DNA from: Felis catus
Lineage: Eukaryota
Reading direction: 5' to 3'
Assembly (NCBI RefSeq): GCF_018350175.1
Contig: NC_058383.1
Span: 15,316,001 to 15,380,000 of the forward strand
DNA length: 64,000 nucleotides
Both the position numbers and the translations under genes were made by a program. Shown here one piece after another: positions 1-12,856 of this stretch. The notes under the pieces were generated by a model. It was not told where the DNA came from, searched no databases, and saw only the letters and a program-made list of their open reading frames with translations. Numbering within the stretch: the first letter of the stretch is position 1; every line of letters starts with the position of its first letter.

Positions 1-206
1 ATTTTTTTTAACATTTTATTTTTTGAGAGACAGAGAGAGACAGAGTGCGAGCAGGAGGGGACAGAGAGAGGAAACACAGAATCCAAAGCAGGCTCTAGGC
101 TCCAAGCTGTCAGCACAGAGCCCAATGCGGGGCTCGAACTCACAACTGCAAGATCATGACCTGAGCTAAAGTCGATGCTTAACCAATGGAGCCACCCAGG
201 TGTCCC
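1..206 (-). mobile_element. Can-SINE (SINEC, felid)
   Basis: T-rich tail, (GA)n, and reverse head ending gagccacccaggtgtccc. Confidence 0.92.
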
Positions 207-358
207 TCAAAACTCTTTTTAGAACCTCTCTCCTGTACTGAATTTCTCCTGCCTCTAAAGAGTTAGAGTTAAAAAAAAAAAATTAAAAAAAAAAAAAGTT
301 ATTCTGGTCTAAACAGTCAAAACAGGTAAACTCGGAATGCTTTAAAATGCACATATCC

Positions 359-594
359 GGGGCGCCTGGGTGGCTCAGTCGGTTAAGCAGCCGACTTCGG
401 CTCAGGTCATGATCTCACGGTCCGTGAGGGCTGTGAGTTCGAGCCCCACGTCAGGCTCTGTGCGGACAGCTCAGAGCCTGGACCCTGTTTCAGATTCTGT
501 GTCTCCCTCTCTCTGACCCTCCCCTGTTCATGCTCTGTCTCTCTCTGTCTCAAAAATAAATAAATGTTAAAAAAAATTTTTTTAAATAAATAAA
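359..594 (+). mobile_element. Can-SINE (SINEC, felid)
   Basis: ggggcgcctgggtggctcagtcggttaag head, CT-rich region, A tail; TSD taaaatgcacatatcc at 343-358 and 595-610. Confidence 0.96.
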
Positions 595-759
595 TAAAAT
601 GCACATATCCAAAATATATATAAATTTAAGTCTGCGTTTTCATTGAGTAATTTTTACTTAAAATAACATATTTTAAAATTTCAGAACATGTATAATCCTC
701 AACTTGAAATGTAGATTACACATTTCCATTCACCCTTTTTGGAGAGCTGTAAGTATGTT

Positions 760-975
760 AGCATTTATTAAGTCTTCCTCTGCTTTCTAGGCCTTTCCGG
801 TAACACTTTCTGTAACAATTCATCTAATCCTCACAATAACCCAGTCAGACGGGTGCCCTATAATCCTCATTTTACAGATAAAAGAATTGAAGCACGAACA
901 TGCTGCCTAAGGTCCCAAAGCTCTCCAAGGTGGAGCCAGCATTCAAAGACAGACAGTGTGGCTCTGGAGCACAAG
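760..975 (-). mobile_element. MIR SINE
   Basis: Reverse MIR core motifs aatcctcacaataaccc, cattttacagat and gcctaaggtc. Confidence 0.75.
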
Positions 976-3134
976 CTCTGTCAAAAGCCGGCAGCAGGCC
1001 GCGCCAGGATCTACCCCATCGTCTTGCTGCTCTACCAATGTTGAGAATCAAGGTTGATCTTAATAGCAAAGAAGTTCACGCTAACAAAAGCATCAAACTG
1101 TCCAACTTATAACCTCTTCCACCTTGAACGTGTGCTGCAGCCCTGGACCACGTGAAGAATACTCTGCCAGGTGCAAGATGGCCAGGGTCCCCATTTGCCT
1201 ACTCTCATGGCTTTTGATTACGGCTAAGGACAACTGTATGCAAGCATCTGACCCTATCCTTACCAGATTTTCTTGATCACTTTCCACTGATATTCTGTGG
1301 CTAGAGATGAGACCTTTGTTTAGAAGGTCTACCAAAGTGTTCCGTTGGATGAATACAGGATGATCTGCCAGCAGTACCCACAGATTCTCAGAAATCACTG
1401 GATGTCCCTGATTGGCCAGGAGGGCTACCCAGCTTAGTACCCCAAATTCCCTGTTCGGCATCATACAGATGCCTTGGCTAAACACTACACTTCCTAGCAT
1501 TCATACAAAGCAGGGAGCCACAGCTGGTCTAAGGCAGCCCAACCTAGGAGGCCCGCAGAATCCAGGATAAATTGATATAGAAGGGTACTGACAAGTAATA
1601 GTGATATCCTGGCCTAGAGGGTCACAAAGGATTTTGTCACCCTCCGGGGTTTAGAAGTGGCTACACATGCTCTGGAAATCAAGGCTCAAGAAAGCCAAGG
1701 CTCCACAGCACAGAGGCCACCCCAGCTGGGAAGGAACGCTACTCCTGTCTGTGCAGTGCCGTGTCGGCAAAGCAGGCCCTCGGCCACAGTGGGGTAGCTG
1801 CCCAGAGGCTTTCTCAAAAGCCACTTCATCTATTTAACCAGAACACAAGGCTGATTCCAGATCAGCGGCCATCTCCCAAGTTTCTCAGTCTAAAAGTATT
1901 TCTCAGTGCTCTGAGATGAAGAAGAGGGGCAGGGAGCAAGAGCATGGGACTTTCTGTGCTGCTGAGATAAGGTTGTTTTCAACAGTGGCTGTGAGTACTT
2001 ACTAAGCACCAGAGTGATGAAGATACAGACCCTCCTGGCAGGATGCCTGATGCAGGGGGTTCTTCACGGATTCCTCCTACAGGCCGCCTCACAGGTTTCT
2101 TCTTTCAAGGCTAGGTCTGAATGCCCACCTCTAGACACACAAATCTATCCAATGGGGAAGTCCCAACGTTCAGCTCTGCAGACTAAGTCACCCAGCAATG
2201 CTTCCCTGAGGCTGTGTTTAAACGGGCAACATGGTGTTGAATTATTCCGCCCCTGGAGTCCTGGAGTCCCTTTTACGCGGGTTTAGGAGCATTTCACCCA
2301 GTAGAAACAGCAAAGGGCACTTTACCATGTTCTGCTAGGTAGGGCTACCAAATATATGGTTTAAAATTCAGTTTGGAACATTCTGTAATTCTCCCCTTAG
2401 AAAAGGATGAAGAAAAAGACTTAGTCTTAGAAGCGAATAACAATAAAGAAGGGGTAAACTGCAAGACAGTAGGAATTCTTTTTTTGTTTGAGAGTAGGAA
2501 TTCGGAAGGCTTGATTAGAATAATCTTTAGTCCCAGCCCCTCTCTTTCTAAAAGTGGTGGAGGAAGGAGGTTATTGGAACCAATCAATTCTCAGCCAAAA
2601 ACACCTCTAAGAAAAGAGGAAAACGTGCAATTTTCTTCCACTCACTAAAATATGTTAGTTTCTAACAGTCAATCATGTTTACATTTTCATCATGATCTCA
2701 CTATAATATATTGATACACAATACACGGACCTACATATGGACCTACATTTCATCAAATTACGAAGACTACTGTCAGTCTTCACAGCTCATCAGGTAGCAC
2801 TCTGAATCACACATTATTATGAGGATTAAATCCAAAAATACTTCCTTCCCATGTGAAACAAGGAGCAAATTATGAGTAAGATATTATTCAGATCAGATGA
2901 AATCTTCCCTCAGTGCTAGAATATCTTGGCAATAGATCATTACAGAGCTACAGAACTGTAATGTTTTCATAAACTTTTGCTGACCCATGAAAATCTCCAC
3001 CTCTTCACATCATCTAGAAATAAATACGTCTTACTGTCCCGGTTCAAAGAATAAATAAAAGAAGGGAAAATGGTAATTTTAGGCAACAGGACTAACTTCG
3101 ATCTTCCGGATATAGAGAGTACTGACTGACAAAA

Positions 3135-3415
3135 TGGAGCACTTTGGAACCAAACCCGAGTTCAAATACCAGTTTTCAGGTTCTGATATTCAGTAGCTGT
3201 ATCCAGATTCTCAGAAATGGTGACCTCCACTGTGGCTACAGAGGATAAGCAAACAGGTAACAGGCCAAACAACTTCATAAGCCTCAGTTTTCTCATCTGT
3301 CAAATGAGGGTGATTTCAGTATCTCCCTCAGAAGACGTGTGCAAAGATAAAGCAATATGATGCACAAACGATTAGCAGGACTAGAACTTGGCAATCATTT
3401 AACAGATGTTAGCTG
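3135..3415 (+). mobile_element. MIR SINE (interrupted)
   Basis: gagttcaaatacc and the core gcctcagttttctcatctgtcaaatgagg. Confidence 0.7.
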
Positions 3416-3739
3416 TCGGCGCTTTATTATTAAACACAGAAACTTGCAGTAATAATGCTCTCTGCAAGATCAAAGGTCTGCCTTATATTTATTTCAATTC
3501 TGAACCTAGCCTCCAGTGTCACCAGCAAGGCTGGAGTGGCGCGGGCCTGGCTCCCAGGGGCGAACACCCAGGGAGCTGCTGGTCGGCGGGGGCCGCACTC
3601 GCGAGCCTGTGCGAGTTTGCTGGGTAGACCCTGGAGGCAGCACACACTTTCCAGAAAAACACAGGTATTTGGAGACCTAAGCACGAAACACAAAGGCGTT
3701 TTTAAAAAAGTGTTTTAACATTATAAGTAAAAAGGAAAT

Positions 3740-3870
3740 TCGGCTGGGGTGACGAAAATGTTCCAAAACGAAATGGTAGTGATGGCTGCACAGCCTCGTG
3801 AATGTACTAAAAATCACTGAATTGCACGCCCTGGAGGGGAGAATCTGATAGTATGTAAATATATACGTCA
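3740..3870 (+). mobile_element. Old L1M 3' end fragment
   Basis: ggggtgacgaaaatgttcc...gatggctgcacagcctcgtgaatgtactaaaaatcactgaattg, an L1MB-type 3' UTR motif. Confidence 0.75.
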
Positions 3871-4214
3871 AGTAAAAAGAGAGACACGGACACAGAACAT
3901 TTTCTCTCTCCATTTCACTGGTTCTGAGGAGTTTTTATCCAGTTGTTGCCAGGAGGGGTGGGGGGCAGGTACTGAGGGGAGCCGGGCAGAACCAGGAGTG
4001 GTTACCTGTATCTTCATCAACTTTAGTGTCTCTGGCCCAGCAGAAATCTGCAGCGCTCTTCTCTAGGTTCTCTGACGAACCCGATGTATCGACCCTGTGG
4101 AGGCTCACAAAGTTGGAGGAATGGTGTCTTTTTATTACCTTCTAACATTTGTTTACATAGCCCATGGTGGGGGGTAATCATTTCTGGAAACCTGAATACC
4201 AGCATACATGTGTT

Positions 4215-4545
4215 CTTATATTCATTCTCTTTATTTATTAAATGTGCACTACAGGCAAAGCACGATGGGAGGCGCTAAGGACACAGCAGAGAACGAGACA
4301 ATGTCCCTGCCCTTGTGAGCGTATGTGCGCGTATGTTCGAACTGGGGAGGAGACCCACGATAAACACACGAGTCAGGTAGTGACCTGTGCTATGTGACAA
4401 ACAGGCAGGGGAGAGGGACGAATACTACCAAGGAGGGGAGCTCCTTTACGCAGGATGGTCAGCGAATGACTCTCTGATGACAGGATATCTGAATGGAGTC
4501 TTGAAGGAAGTGAGAAAACAAACCGTGCCAACGTTAGGGAAAGAC
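4215..4545 (-). mobile_element. L2 LINE 3' fragment
   Basis: tttattaaatgtgcactac...gtccctgcccttgtgag resembles the reversed L2 3' end. Confidence 0.6.
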
Positions 4546-4609
4546 CATTACTGAAAGAAATAATCAGAAAATGTATATAAACAACCAATGGAAAAATAAG
4601 CAAGGTATG

Positions 4610-5600
4610 TAAAAGTGATTAAGGAAATGACCCAGAACATGAGAAGATGCTCACCTCACTAATTAGAGGAATGCAAAATAAAACCACAGAGGCCAAGTCA
4701 CATCCATTAGCTTAGCAAAATTTTAAAAGCCAACACTACTACTGGCTTGTGAGGATAGAAAGTGGAAACTCATACGCTTGCCTCTGAAGTACAGCCACTC
4801 TCCTGAGTACTATGAAAAACAACAAAAACAGAAAATCCAGTTGAAGATGTGTATACCCTACAATCCAGCAACGTTCACGCCTAGGTGCAGACCCTAAAGA
4901 AACTACTACGGCACAGGTACACGAGCCTCACTTTCACTAACATTCACTGCAGAGCTGAAAACTACAGAAAAACCTAAATGCCCATCCACAGGAGAATGAT
5001 TAGTACCTTGTGGGATATTTATAGGACGGATTGCTATGTAGCAGTTTCAGTGTCTCAAAAGCAAAACGTAGCAATGCGGGTACATCTCACAAATATAATA
5101 TTGAACCAACAAGCAAAAACTGCAAGGAGGGGAGGACTGGGGTTATTGGTTAATGGGCATACGGTTTCAGTTTGGGAAGATAAAAATGTTCTGGAAATGG
5201 ATGCTGGTGATGGTTACACAATATGACTGTATTGAATACCACTGAACTGTATTTGGAAAAATATTTAAAATGGTAAATTTTAAATGGTCAAAAAAAGGAA
5301 AAGTTGCAGAACGATATTTATAGAATGATACTATTATGTAAATAGTTTTAAAATATGGAAAACAGCTGTTTATGGAGGTGTAAATAGAGTGAAGTATAAA
5401 AATAGCATGGAAAAATAAACACAAAATACATACTGATTACCTCTGCAAGAGAGGGAAGGAAAGGAAATATAATAGAAAAGGGGTTCACAGGGACTTCAAC
5501 TGAGTTTATAATCTTTTATTTCTTAAGCTAGATGGTAGTTACATTAGTATTTACCACCTCATGTACTGTACCTTTTAAGATGTCCAAAATCAATTATATA
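4610..5600 (+). mobile_element. Old L1M (ME/MB-type) 3' fragments
   Basis: gatgctcacctcactaattagaggaatgcaaaataaaaccac and aacctaaatgcccatccacaggagaatg; an L1MB-like 3' end is nested at about 5135-5290. Confidence 0.8.
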
Positions 5601-5682
5601 CACAAGATTGGTGATAGAGGGCGTTATATTTTAAAATTTAAACACAAGCACTCTATGATATTTTTAGGTGTTTCTATCTAGA

Positions 5683-5830
5683 CCTTATGAGGAAGGCACT
5701 GTTATCAACCCCATTTTACAGAAGAGAATACTGAATCCCACGACCAATATCACACAGCCAAGAAGTGGTAGGAAATAGGATTCAAACCTGGGTGGTCTTG
5801 TTTCAGAATCCCAAGCTCATAACTACTACA
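5683..5830 (-). mobile_element. MIR SINE
   Basis: ccccattttacagaagag...ggattcaaacctggg. Confidence 0.7.
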
Positions 5831-7175
5831 CACAACAAATCGATGGGAAACAACTGAATACACATCACGACGGGAGAGGATCAATCGCATTCTGGTTATC
5901 TGGCAACTGTGTGTTGACCTGTGATTAAGAGCTGGGAATACCATGGTGGGCACAAAGACCTCACAGACACTCTGCCTTCTCTCAGGGATCTTTCAAGTTC
6001 GTAAGTGCTGGGTATGGGCAGTGTGGGATATAAACCAGGGAGGGGGAAGGAGGGAGTCAGGGAAGGCCGCCAAAGGCAAAATTAAATTGTTATATCCAGG
6101 AAATAGGCAAAATTAATCTATGCTGACAGAAGTTGATATTTTAAATAAATATTTTAAATATGGTATTATAAATAAGAAGTACCGTTGTAAAAATATGTAT
6201 GGCATGATTTCATTTTGTAAGTAAAATACACATACATATACATACACACAAGAGTTAAAACTCCGGAAGCTACGCGTTATAGCGATAGTGTTTTTTCACC
6301 TTTGACTTCTGGTGGCATAGGAGTCATCTTATTTTCTTCATTACAGTAATATTTATTTTCAAATTAGCACATATGCTTAGATAAATTTTTATCCGATAAA
6401 AGGAAATACCTTTCATTTCTTCATTAATATTGTTGCTCTTGGTTCAAAAAGTTAGTATTTATTACATTAATATCTATTGTCCCCATTCAACCCATTACAC
6501 AATGGCTTCTACACAAAACACTGTACTTCTTTTTGCCATAGTCATTAGAGACTAACTGATAGACCAAGTTTCTTTTTCATCATACTTAACGTTCCCCTTC
6601 TCTTTCTGGAACCTAACTGTTTCCTTGAATTGTACGTTAACATACCACACTTGCATGAAACTGCACCAACACCTTTATCAAATTCTTCCCAGACTCACTC
6701 CCCATATGCTCCTCATTTTGAAAGCTTCAAAATTTGTTTTCCCTACAGCTCCTTCTTTGGCCTTCTCTAGACCCTTCTTGGACAATTCCGTCCACCTGTT
6801 TGCCTTCGACAAACTGCTACAGAGATGAATTTCACACCTACATGTTCCTACTGTGACGTTCCTGAGTCCCCAAGATTGAAGCAATTATCTGCCTGACCCA
6901 ATCACCCACTGCCTCAACATGAACCCAACATGCAACACGTTCATCTTTCCCTAGAATGAGCTTAGGCAGAAGTCACATCTGGAGAAAAATGTACTTATGA
7001 CAGAACTTCCTGGCACTGGAGGGAACCAGTCAGTTTGTAGACACTGGCTTTGGATGACACCGCTGGAGAGATCCAAGCACGGCAGTCTTGGTCTGATTTC
7101 AAACGTGGCTAAAACCAGGACGTGGTTTTTAGTCAAGCAGAGGAGGGTATGGTGGCATTAAACCCAGGCTGGACA

Positions 7176-7376
7176 GGGGGTGCCTGGGTGGTTCAGTCAG
7201 TTGAGGTCATGATCTCGCGGTTTGTGAGTTCGAGCCCCGGGTCGGGATCTGTGCTGACAGCTCAGAGCCTGGAGCCTGCTTCGGATTCTGTGTCTCCCTC
7301 TCTCTCTGCTCCTCCCCCACTCATGCTCTGTCTCTCTCTGTCTCAGAAATAAACATTAAAAAAAAAAAAAAATTAA
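7176..7376 (+). mobile_element. Can-SINE (outer element of a nested pair)
   Basis: SINE head and body; outer TSD cccaggctggacag at 7163-7176 and 7638-7651. Confidence 0.93.
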
Positions 7377-7637
7377 GGGGCGCCTGGGTGGCTCAGTCGG
7401 TTAAGTGTCCGACTTCAGCTCAGGTCATGATCTCGCAGTCTGTGGGTTCGAGCCCCACGTCAGGCTCTGTGCTGACAGCTCAGAACCTGGAGCCTGTTTC
7501 AGATTCTGTGTCTCCCTCTTTCTCTGACTCTCCCCTGTTCATGCGCTCTCTCTCTCTCTCTGTGTGTCTCAAAAATAAATACATGTTAAAAAAAAAATTA
7601 AAACAAAAAAAATTAAAACAAAAAAAACCCAAAAAAG
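7377..7637 (+). mobile_element. Can-SINE inserted in the A tail of the previous SINE
   Basis: Full head and body; aaaaaaattaa is repeated on both sides. Confidence 0.93.
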
Positions 7638-7759
7638 CCCAGGCTGGACAGAATCCACAGCCTGGGAGGCCCGTCCCATGGAGCAGGCTCATGGGTAACA
7701 GATGAAGGTAAAGGGCAAGATAAAGCCTAAAAAAAGATGACAATAAAAAAACATATGCA

Positions 7760-7994
7760 GGGGCGCCTGGGTGGCGCAGTCGGTTAAGCGTCCGACTTCA
7801 GCCAGGTCACGATCTCGCGGTCCGGGAGTTCGAGCCCCGCATCAGGCTCTGGGCTGATGGCTCAGAGCCTGGAGCCTGTTTCCGTATCTGTGTCTCCCTC
7901 TCTCTCTGCCCCTCCCCCGTTCATGCTGTGTCTCTCTCTGTCCCAAAAATAAATAAATGTTGAAAAAAAAATTTAAAAAAAAAAAAAAAAAAAA
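7760..7994 (+). mobile_element. Young SINEC_Fc-type SINE
   Basis: Diagnostic gtggcgcagtcgg...cagccaggtcacg...gggctgatgg; CpG-rich, long A tail; TSD aaaaaaacatatgcag. Confidence 0.96.
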
Positions 7995-8474
7995 CATATG
8001 CAGACCACAGCCAGATGGACAAAGACTGAAGAGCAGACTTTGGCATCAATGCTGGGAGGCGGAAATAAAGAAAATGGGTCAATAAGCAGCAGGACTAGTC
8101 AGAACGATGGAGGGGAGACTTGTTCATCCCAAAAAGGAGGTAAGGGAGAAGATATGCTCTTTCATTTCATCTAAGATACTCTAGATTGTAAGACACACAA
8201 TAATGAAAATAGCAATGCTACCGACTAGGACATGCCATCTCTGGCTGCACGTGACTTCAGAAATGGTTTTAAATGACAACGTGTGTATGTTGCAACTCAC
8301 GAGCAGCACAGGCATCAAGGCTCCCTCTCGAGTGTGATAAAGACAGGAATTTGACTTTACTGCCAGACACGCACAATTGAAGAAGTGTGCCAGAACATGA
8401 CACACTCTCACTAGACCCCCCTACTGGCCAAGAAGCAGGAAACCGAGTGAGTAGGGAACAACCCAGTGTTCTCT

Positions 8475-9288
8475 CCTATGTGTCTCCCTTTCCACTAAGA
8501 CAGAACACGTCTGGCCATCGAACATGTGGGCGGTTTTCCCCCACAAGCAATTCTCTGTGACACCAACTGGGTGTTCTACAACTTAACTCATTTCTGACAC
8601 TGCAGCACACTTTAGACAATGTCAAGTCTAGGTTACCACGTGTGCTTCTGACCTTCCTCCCTCAGGTTCGATTAATTGGCTAGAGCAGATTAGAGACCTC
8701 GGGGAAACACTTACTTACATCTACCAGTTTATGAAAGGATACAGATGAACAACCAGATGAGGAGGTACACAGGGTGAGGTCTGGGAGGCTCCCGAGCCCA
8801 GGAGCTTCTGTCCCCATGGAGTTGGGGCGTGTTACCCTCTGGTGTGACTGTGTTCACCAACCTTGAAGCTTCCCAAACTCCCTACTGGGATTTATGGAGG
8901 CTTCCTCATGTAGGTATGATCAATTATTTACTCCATTTCTAGGCCCTCTCCCCTCTCTAGAGAAATGGGGAAGCACAGTGGGGTGGGGGGCGGGGAACCC
9001 ACAGAAAATTCCAGCCTTCTGATTAGCTTCATCTTTTTGGTGACGAGATCAATCTACGAGCCACTTAGGAGTCCCCCCAGAGTCACCTCATTAGAACAAG
9101 AGATGATCTTCGTGGTCTTATCACTTAGGAATTTACAAGGGTTTTAGGAGCCCTATGTGAAGTATGGGGTCAAAAGTGAAACACTAAAACAAGATGGCCT
9201 TACCACTTAGAACACTACCAGGGTTCTAGGAGCTCTGTGCCAGAAACCGGGTGCAGAAACCAATATATGTATTTTCTGTGATCTCACG
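8475..9288 (-). mobile_element. MER21-family solo LTR
   Basis: Reverse complement begins gtgagatcacagaaaatacatatattgg...tctggcacagagctcctagaaccc; homologous to the copies at 20.6 kb and 39.5 kb. Confidence 0.8.
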
Positions 9289-9420
9289 CTGAGGTGAAAA
9301 ACTAAGCTGTCTTTAACACGAAGGTCATACAGAAAAATTAATAGCATGAAAAAATGCTATGACCTCATGTTAACAACAAAAAGCAACATATAAAATTGAG
9401 TTACCTATGTAAAAACGCAG

Positions 9421-9440
9421 CCCCCCCCCCCCCCCCGCCC
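9421..9440. repeat. Poly-C tract (C16 G C3)
   Basis: Read directly from the sequence. Confidence 0.9.
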
Positions 9441-11464
9441 GTCACCAAAGGATTAAACAGAAGTACTTTCAATGTTAGCAGTCGGTGTCTCAAGGTCCTG
9501 GATTTATAAGTAACCTCTTTCCTTGCTTCTTTATACTTCTCTTTACGTCCCCTGAGTTTCCGTAATGAACACATAATGTTTTTATAATCAGAGATAAGGA
9601 AGTCAAATATTAAATGTTTGTTTTTTAAGCTGCAAATTGTGGGCCACATGGATACACTGGTTTACCTCTTATTAGATACAAATCTACCTCATTAATGTAC
9701 AATAAGCCCTTCTTAACAATGAAACTATATTAACTCTAATAACATCAGGGCAGAGCATGCTCACATTTGCGGAAAACAGTGCTAATGTTCACTCTTGAGA
9801 TCTAAGAATGTGTAATGCAGACAACTATTTTTGTCTTTCTTTTCAAATATAACGTTTCAAGGATATCAATACCACTGCTTATCCTGCTGGATCTTCAGCC
9901 TGGCATGACAATGTGCAGCAGAAACACATCTGGTCACACAGCTGATAAAAGTCTCCTGCCAAAGGCAGTCAGTGTTGTCATTTACAAGATGGATTTTTCT
10001 TTAAAAAAAAAAAAAACTGTGTGACAAGTAGCTGTCGTGGACGGAAATTGAAGCTAACACATTTTTTGCTGTGTTACCTTGATGGAATTGCTTTTTAGCC
10101 CCATATACCCAAGTACCAATAGATCTCTCTCCTCATATTTGAAGCAGAACAATTTGACAAAGGATAAAGATCCAGAAATGAAAATACTATACTAGCCATG
10201 AGTAAAAAAACAAAAAAACAAAAAACAAAAAAACCCCAAATACCCTACCTCTTTCTGCTTTGGGTTACACTAGCTCATAAACAGGCTGAAAATCTTGGGA
10301 CAAATCAAATTTTTCTGTTTATAAAGTTCAAGAAATTCTTTCAATTCTAATGCCTTTCCTTGCTAAGCCTAAAACAAATAACAAAAAGTACTAACGTACT
10401 AAAAGCCTCAACAGGCAATAAAGATAATAATATAATGCATAGATGTTCTAATTAAAGTATCTAAAGTCACTTTCATTTAAAATGTTTTATTTAAAAACTC
10501 AAATGATGCCAGATTACAGTAATAACATGTTGGAGCCTAGCTAATAAGTATAGTTACAACATAAGTGTTATTTTTGAGTATTAAACAGCAGTAAAGCAGA
10601 ACTTTGATAGTATCTACTGTACCAGTAATATTAGATATTCAGAAGGAAGTAACATAGCTAGATCTAGTTAATTTAAGAGCAGTTCCCTGTCACAGATCTT
10701 TCTTAAATGGCAACATGAACAATACAATAAGAAACATGCACTTTAATTGCTACAAAATGCTTAGAAAGCACTTGCCCTAATCTGCCAGGATAGTCTAACA
10801 GCCCAAGGAAAATCTTCCAACCAGAGTTACATGGACACAATTTATGACGTTACATGTAAGAAGCTCACAGGTTAGAAAATACTGCACAACTTTAAATTAT
10901 TTCATTACTCTCAATGAGTCAACCCAGAGTACTTACAACTGAATAGGATATCTAAGGGCTTATAACTCCAAGCAAGAATACATTTTGTGGAAAATTTTGG
11001 CCAAAAGAAAAAAGAAGCTATTAAGCCATTCTACTAATGCCTGCTTCTCATCGTCCACATCTGACTCAGAATACAGCCTAGGTAACAATCTCAGATGGGT
11101 CCGATAATGCCGGCTCCTGCTGTCTGGCTTCTATCTAAGTGCATTCTGACTTGTACGCCATGTATCTCCTGTCTCGGCAATGAGTGAAGGGAATAGAGCT
11201 GAGGGTGAAGTCCAGGACGAAGAGACTTTAGGAGCCCAAGAAGCACCTGGCTTGCCAGCTTTCTAAATAATCCAAGACCGGTCAGATGAGAAACCAAATG
11301 CCTATTTTGCATTACCTAAATACTGTCAGTGCTAATTGCGCAAAAAGGCACTGATTTAACTTCTCAAGCATAAAATGGGGGAAGGGGGAGTTTTAATCAT
11401 CTGAACGGCCCAGAAAATGTATGTATACATCTTACCACAACAGAGCTCTGTTGAGTTTCCACCC

Positions 11465-12180
11465 ATTTATTCTTTCAAGAAACACTTTTCAAGTACCATA
11501 AGATGTACTGTGCAGACTTTGTGTGGAATTAAGACATGAGTGAGGAATTCAGTTGAGAAGAGAGACGATGAGATAAAACAGCAGAAATAATGTGTGTTTA
11601 TAGATATAAAACTTAAGGGAGACAGGGGCAGCTGTTTGCAACTGGAAAAGGCTTCAAAATTGAGGTAATAATGAAGTTGAGCATGGAAGGTCACACACAA
11701 GTCAAAGAAATGGAAAGAAAGGACAATCTCGGCTCTGGGGAGGTAACCAAAGACTTGGAAAATGTAGTGGGCGCATCTGCAGAGACACCAACATAAGCAG
11801 GGAAGGATGGCCTTCCTGGGGCCAGACAGGGTGGGTCAGGAACGGCAAAGTGAGTAAGGGCTGGGCAAAGGAGAGAGAGGGAGGTTTTCTGGGACAGTGA
11901 GTCCCAGATGGGGCCGGCACATCAAAAGCCACTTGCGATGTTTAAAATGCAGATTCTCAAATGCCACTAGGAATAGGAAATTGTAATTTTTGAAGCTTCT
12001 GTGGTGACTCTCATTATCTGTCATGTTTGAGTAAAGTGTGAAGGACTGCAAGGCAAAAGCAAAGAGAACAGGACAAGGGAACGGCTATGAGAGAAGAGAG
12101 GCAGAACTAACAGAAAATACCAACTGCTACAATATGGGGTTAACGGAAAAGAAGAATCAGAAGGTTACTTTAGGTCGAAA
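11465..12180 (-). mobile_element. Degenerate L2 fragment
   Basis: Starts ttattctttcaagaaacacttttcaagtacc, followed by a purine-rich L2-like body. Confidence 0.5.
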
Positions 12181-12194
12181 AGAATAGGAAAGTA

Positions 12195-12418
12195 GGGGTG
12201 CCTGGGTGGCTCAGTCAGTTAAGCGTCAGACTCTTGGTTTTGGCTTAGGTCATGATCTCACGGATCAGATCATACAATCGAGCCCCACGTTGGGAGCCTG
12301 CTTGGGATTCTCTCTCTCCCCCTTTTCTTCTACCCTTCCCCTGCCCGTTCTCTCTCCTTCCCCCTCTCTCTCTGCCCTCAAACCGCTCACATGTGCTCAC
12401 TCTCTCAAAATATAAAAG
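12195..12418 (+). mobile_element. Can-SINE
   Basis: Head ggggtgcctgggtggctcag; TSD aaga(a/c)taggaaagta. Confidence 0.93.
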
Positions 12419-12856
12419 ACTAGGAAAGTAAATATGACCTAAGAGAAGACATAAAAGAGGGCAAATGCTGGAAGAAAAAGGCATTAAATTTGGAAATTCT
12501 GAGGCTGAGTCCCTTATAGGTAGGAAATTTGGTCTTAGAAATGCAAGAAAATTAATCTCGTATTTAAACATATACTATTTGCTGCTATCTCTTCTAGGGT
12601 AGCTATGAACTGCTACTTTACTATGTTTTATTAATTAACTTTGGGAGCATGTATCTCTCTCCCTAAATACATGAAGGACAAATTATACATAAAAGGCAGA
12701 GTGCTACAAACTTAAGAGGAACTCAATAAATATTTATTGAATAATCAAAGTGGGTGGAAGTCTAAAACAAGGTTGAAGGTTTTTTTTTTAAAAACCACCT
12801 CTCTCCACTTCTTCTTTCCCACCCCCCCTCTCTTTTAAAGATGTCATAATTCTTAC

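Noticed and set aside
359..450. tRNA-like A/B boxes in SINE heads as tRNA genes
   Set aside because: Can-SINE heads are tRNA-derived and continue into SINE body and tail.
1093..1500. 135-aa minus-strand ORF in unique sequence
   Set aside because: No recognisable domain and not TYW1 sequence; the length is within chance expectation for 64 kb.
9927..9948. E-box/GATA composite (catctg...cagctgataa)
   Set aside because: Short motifs are expected by chance and no conservation data are available.
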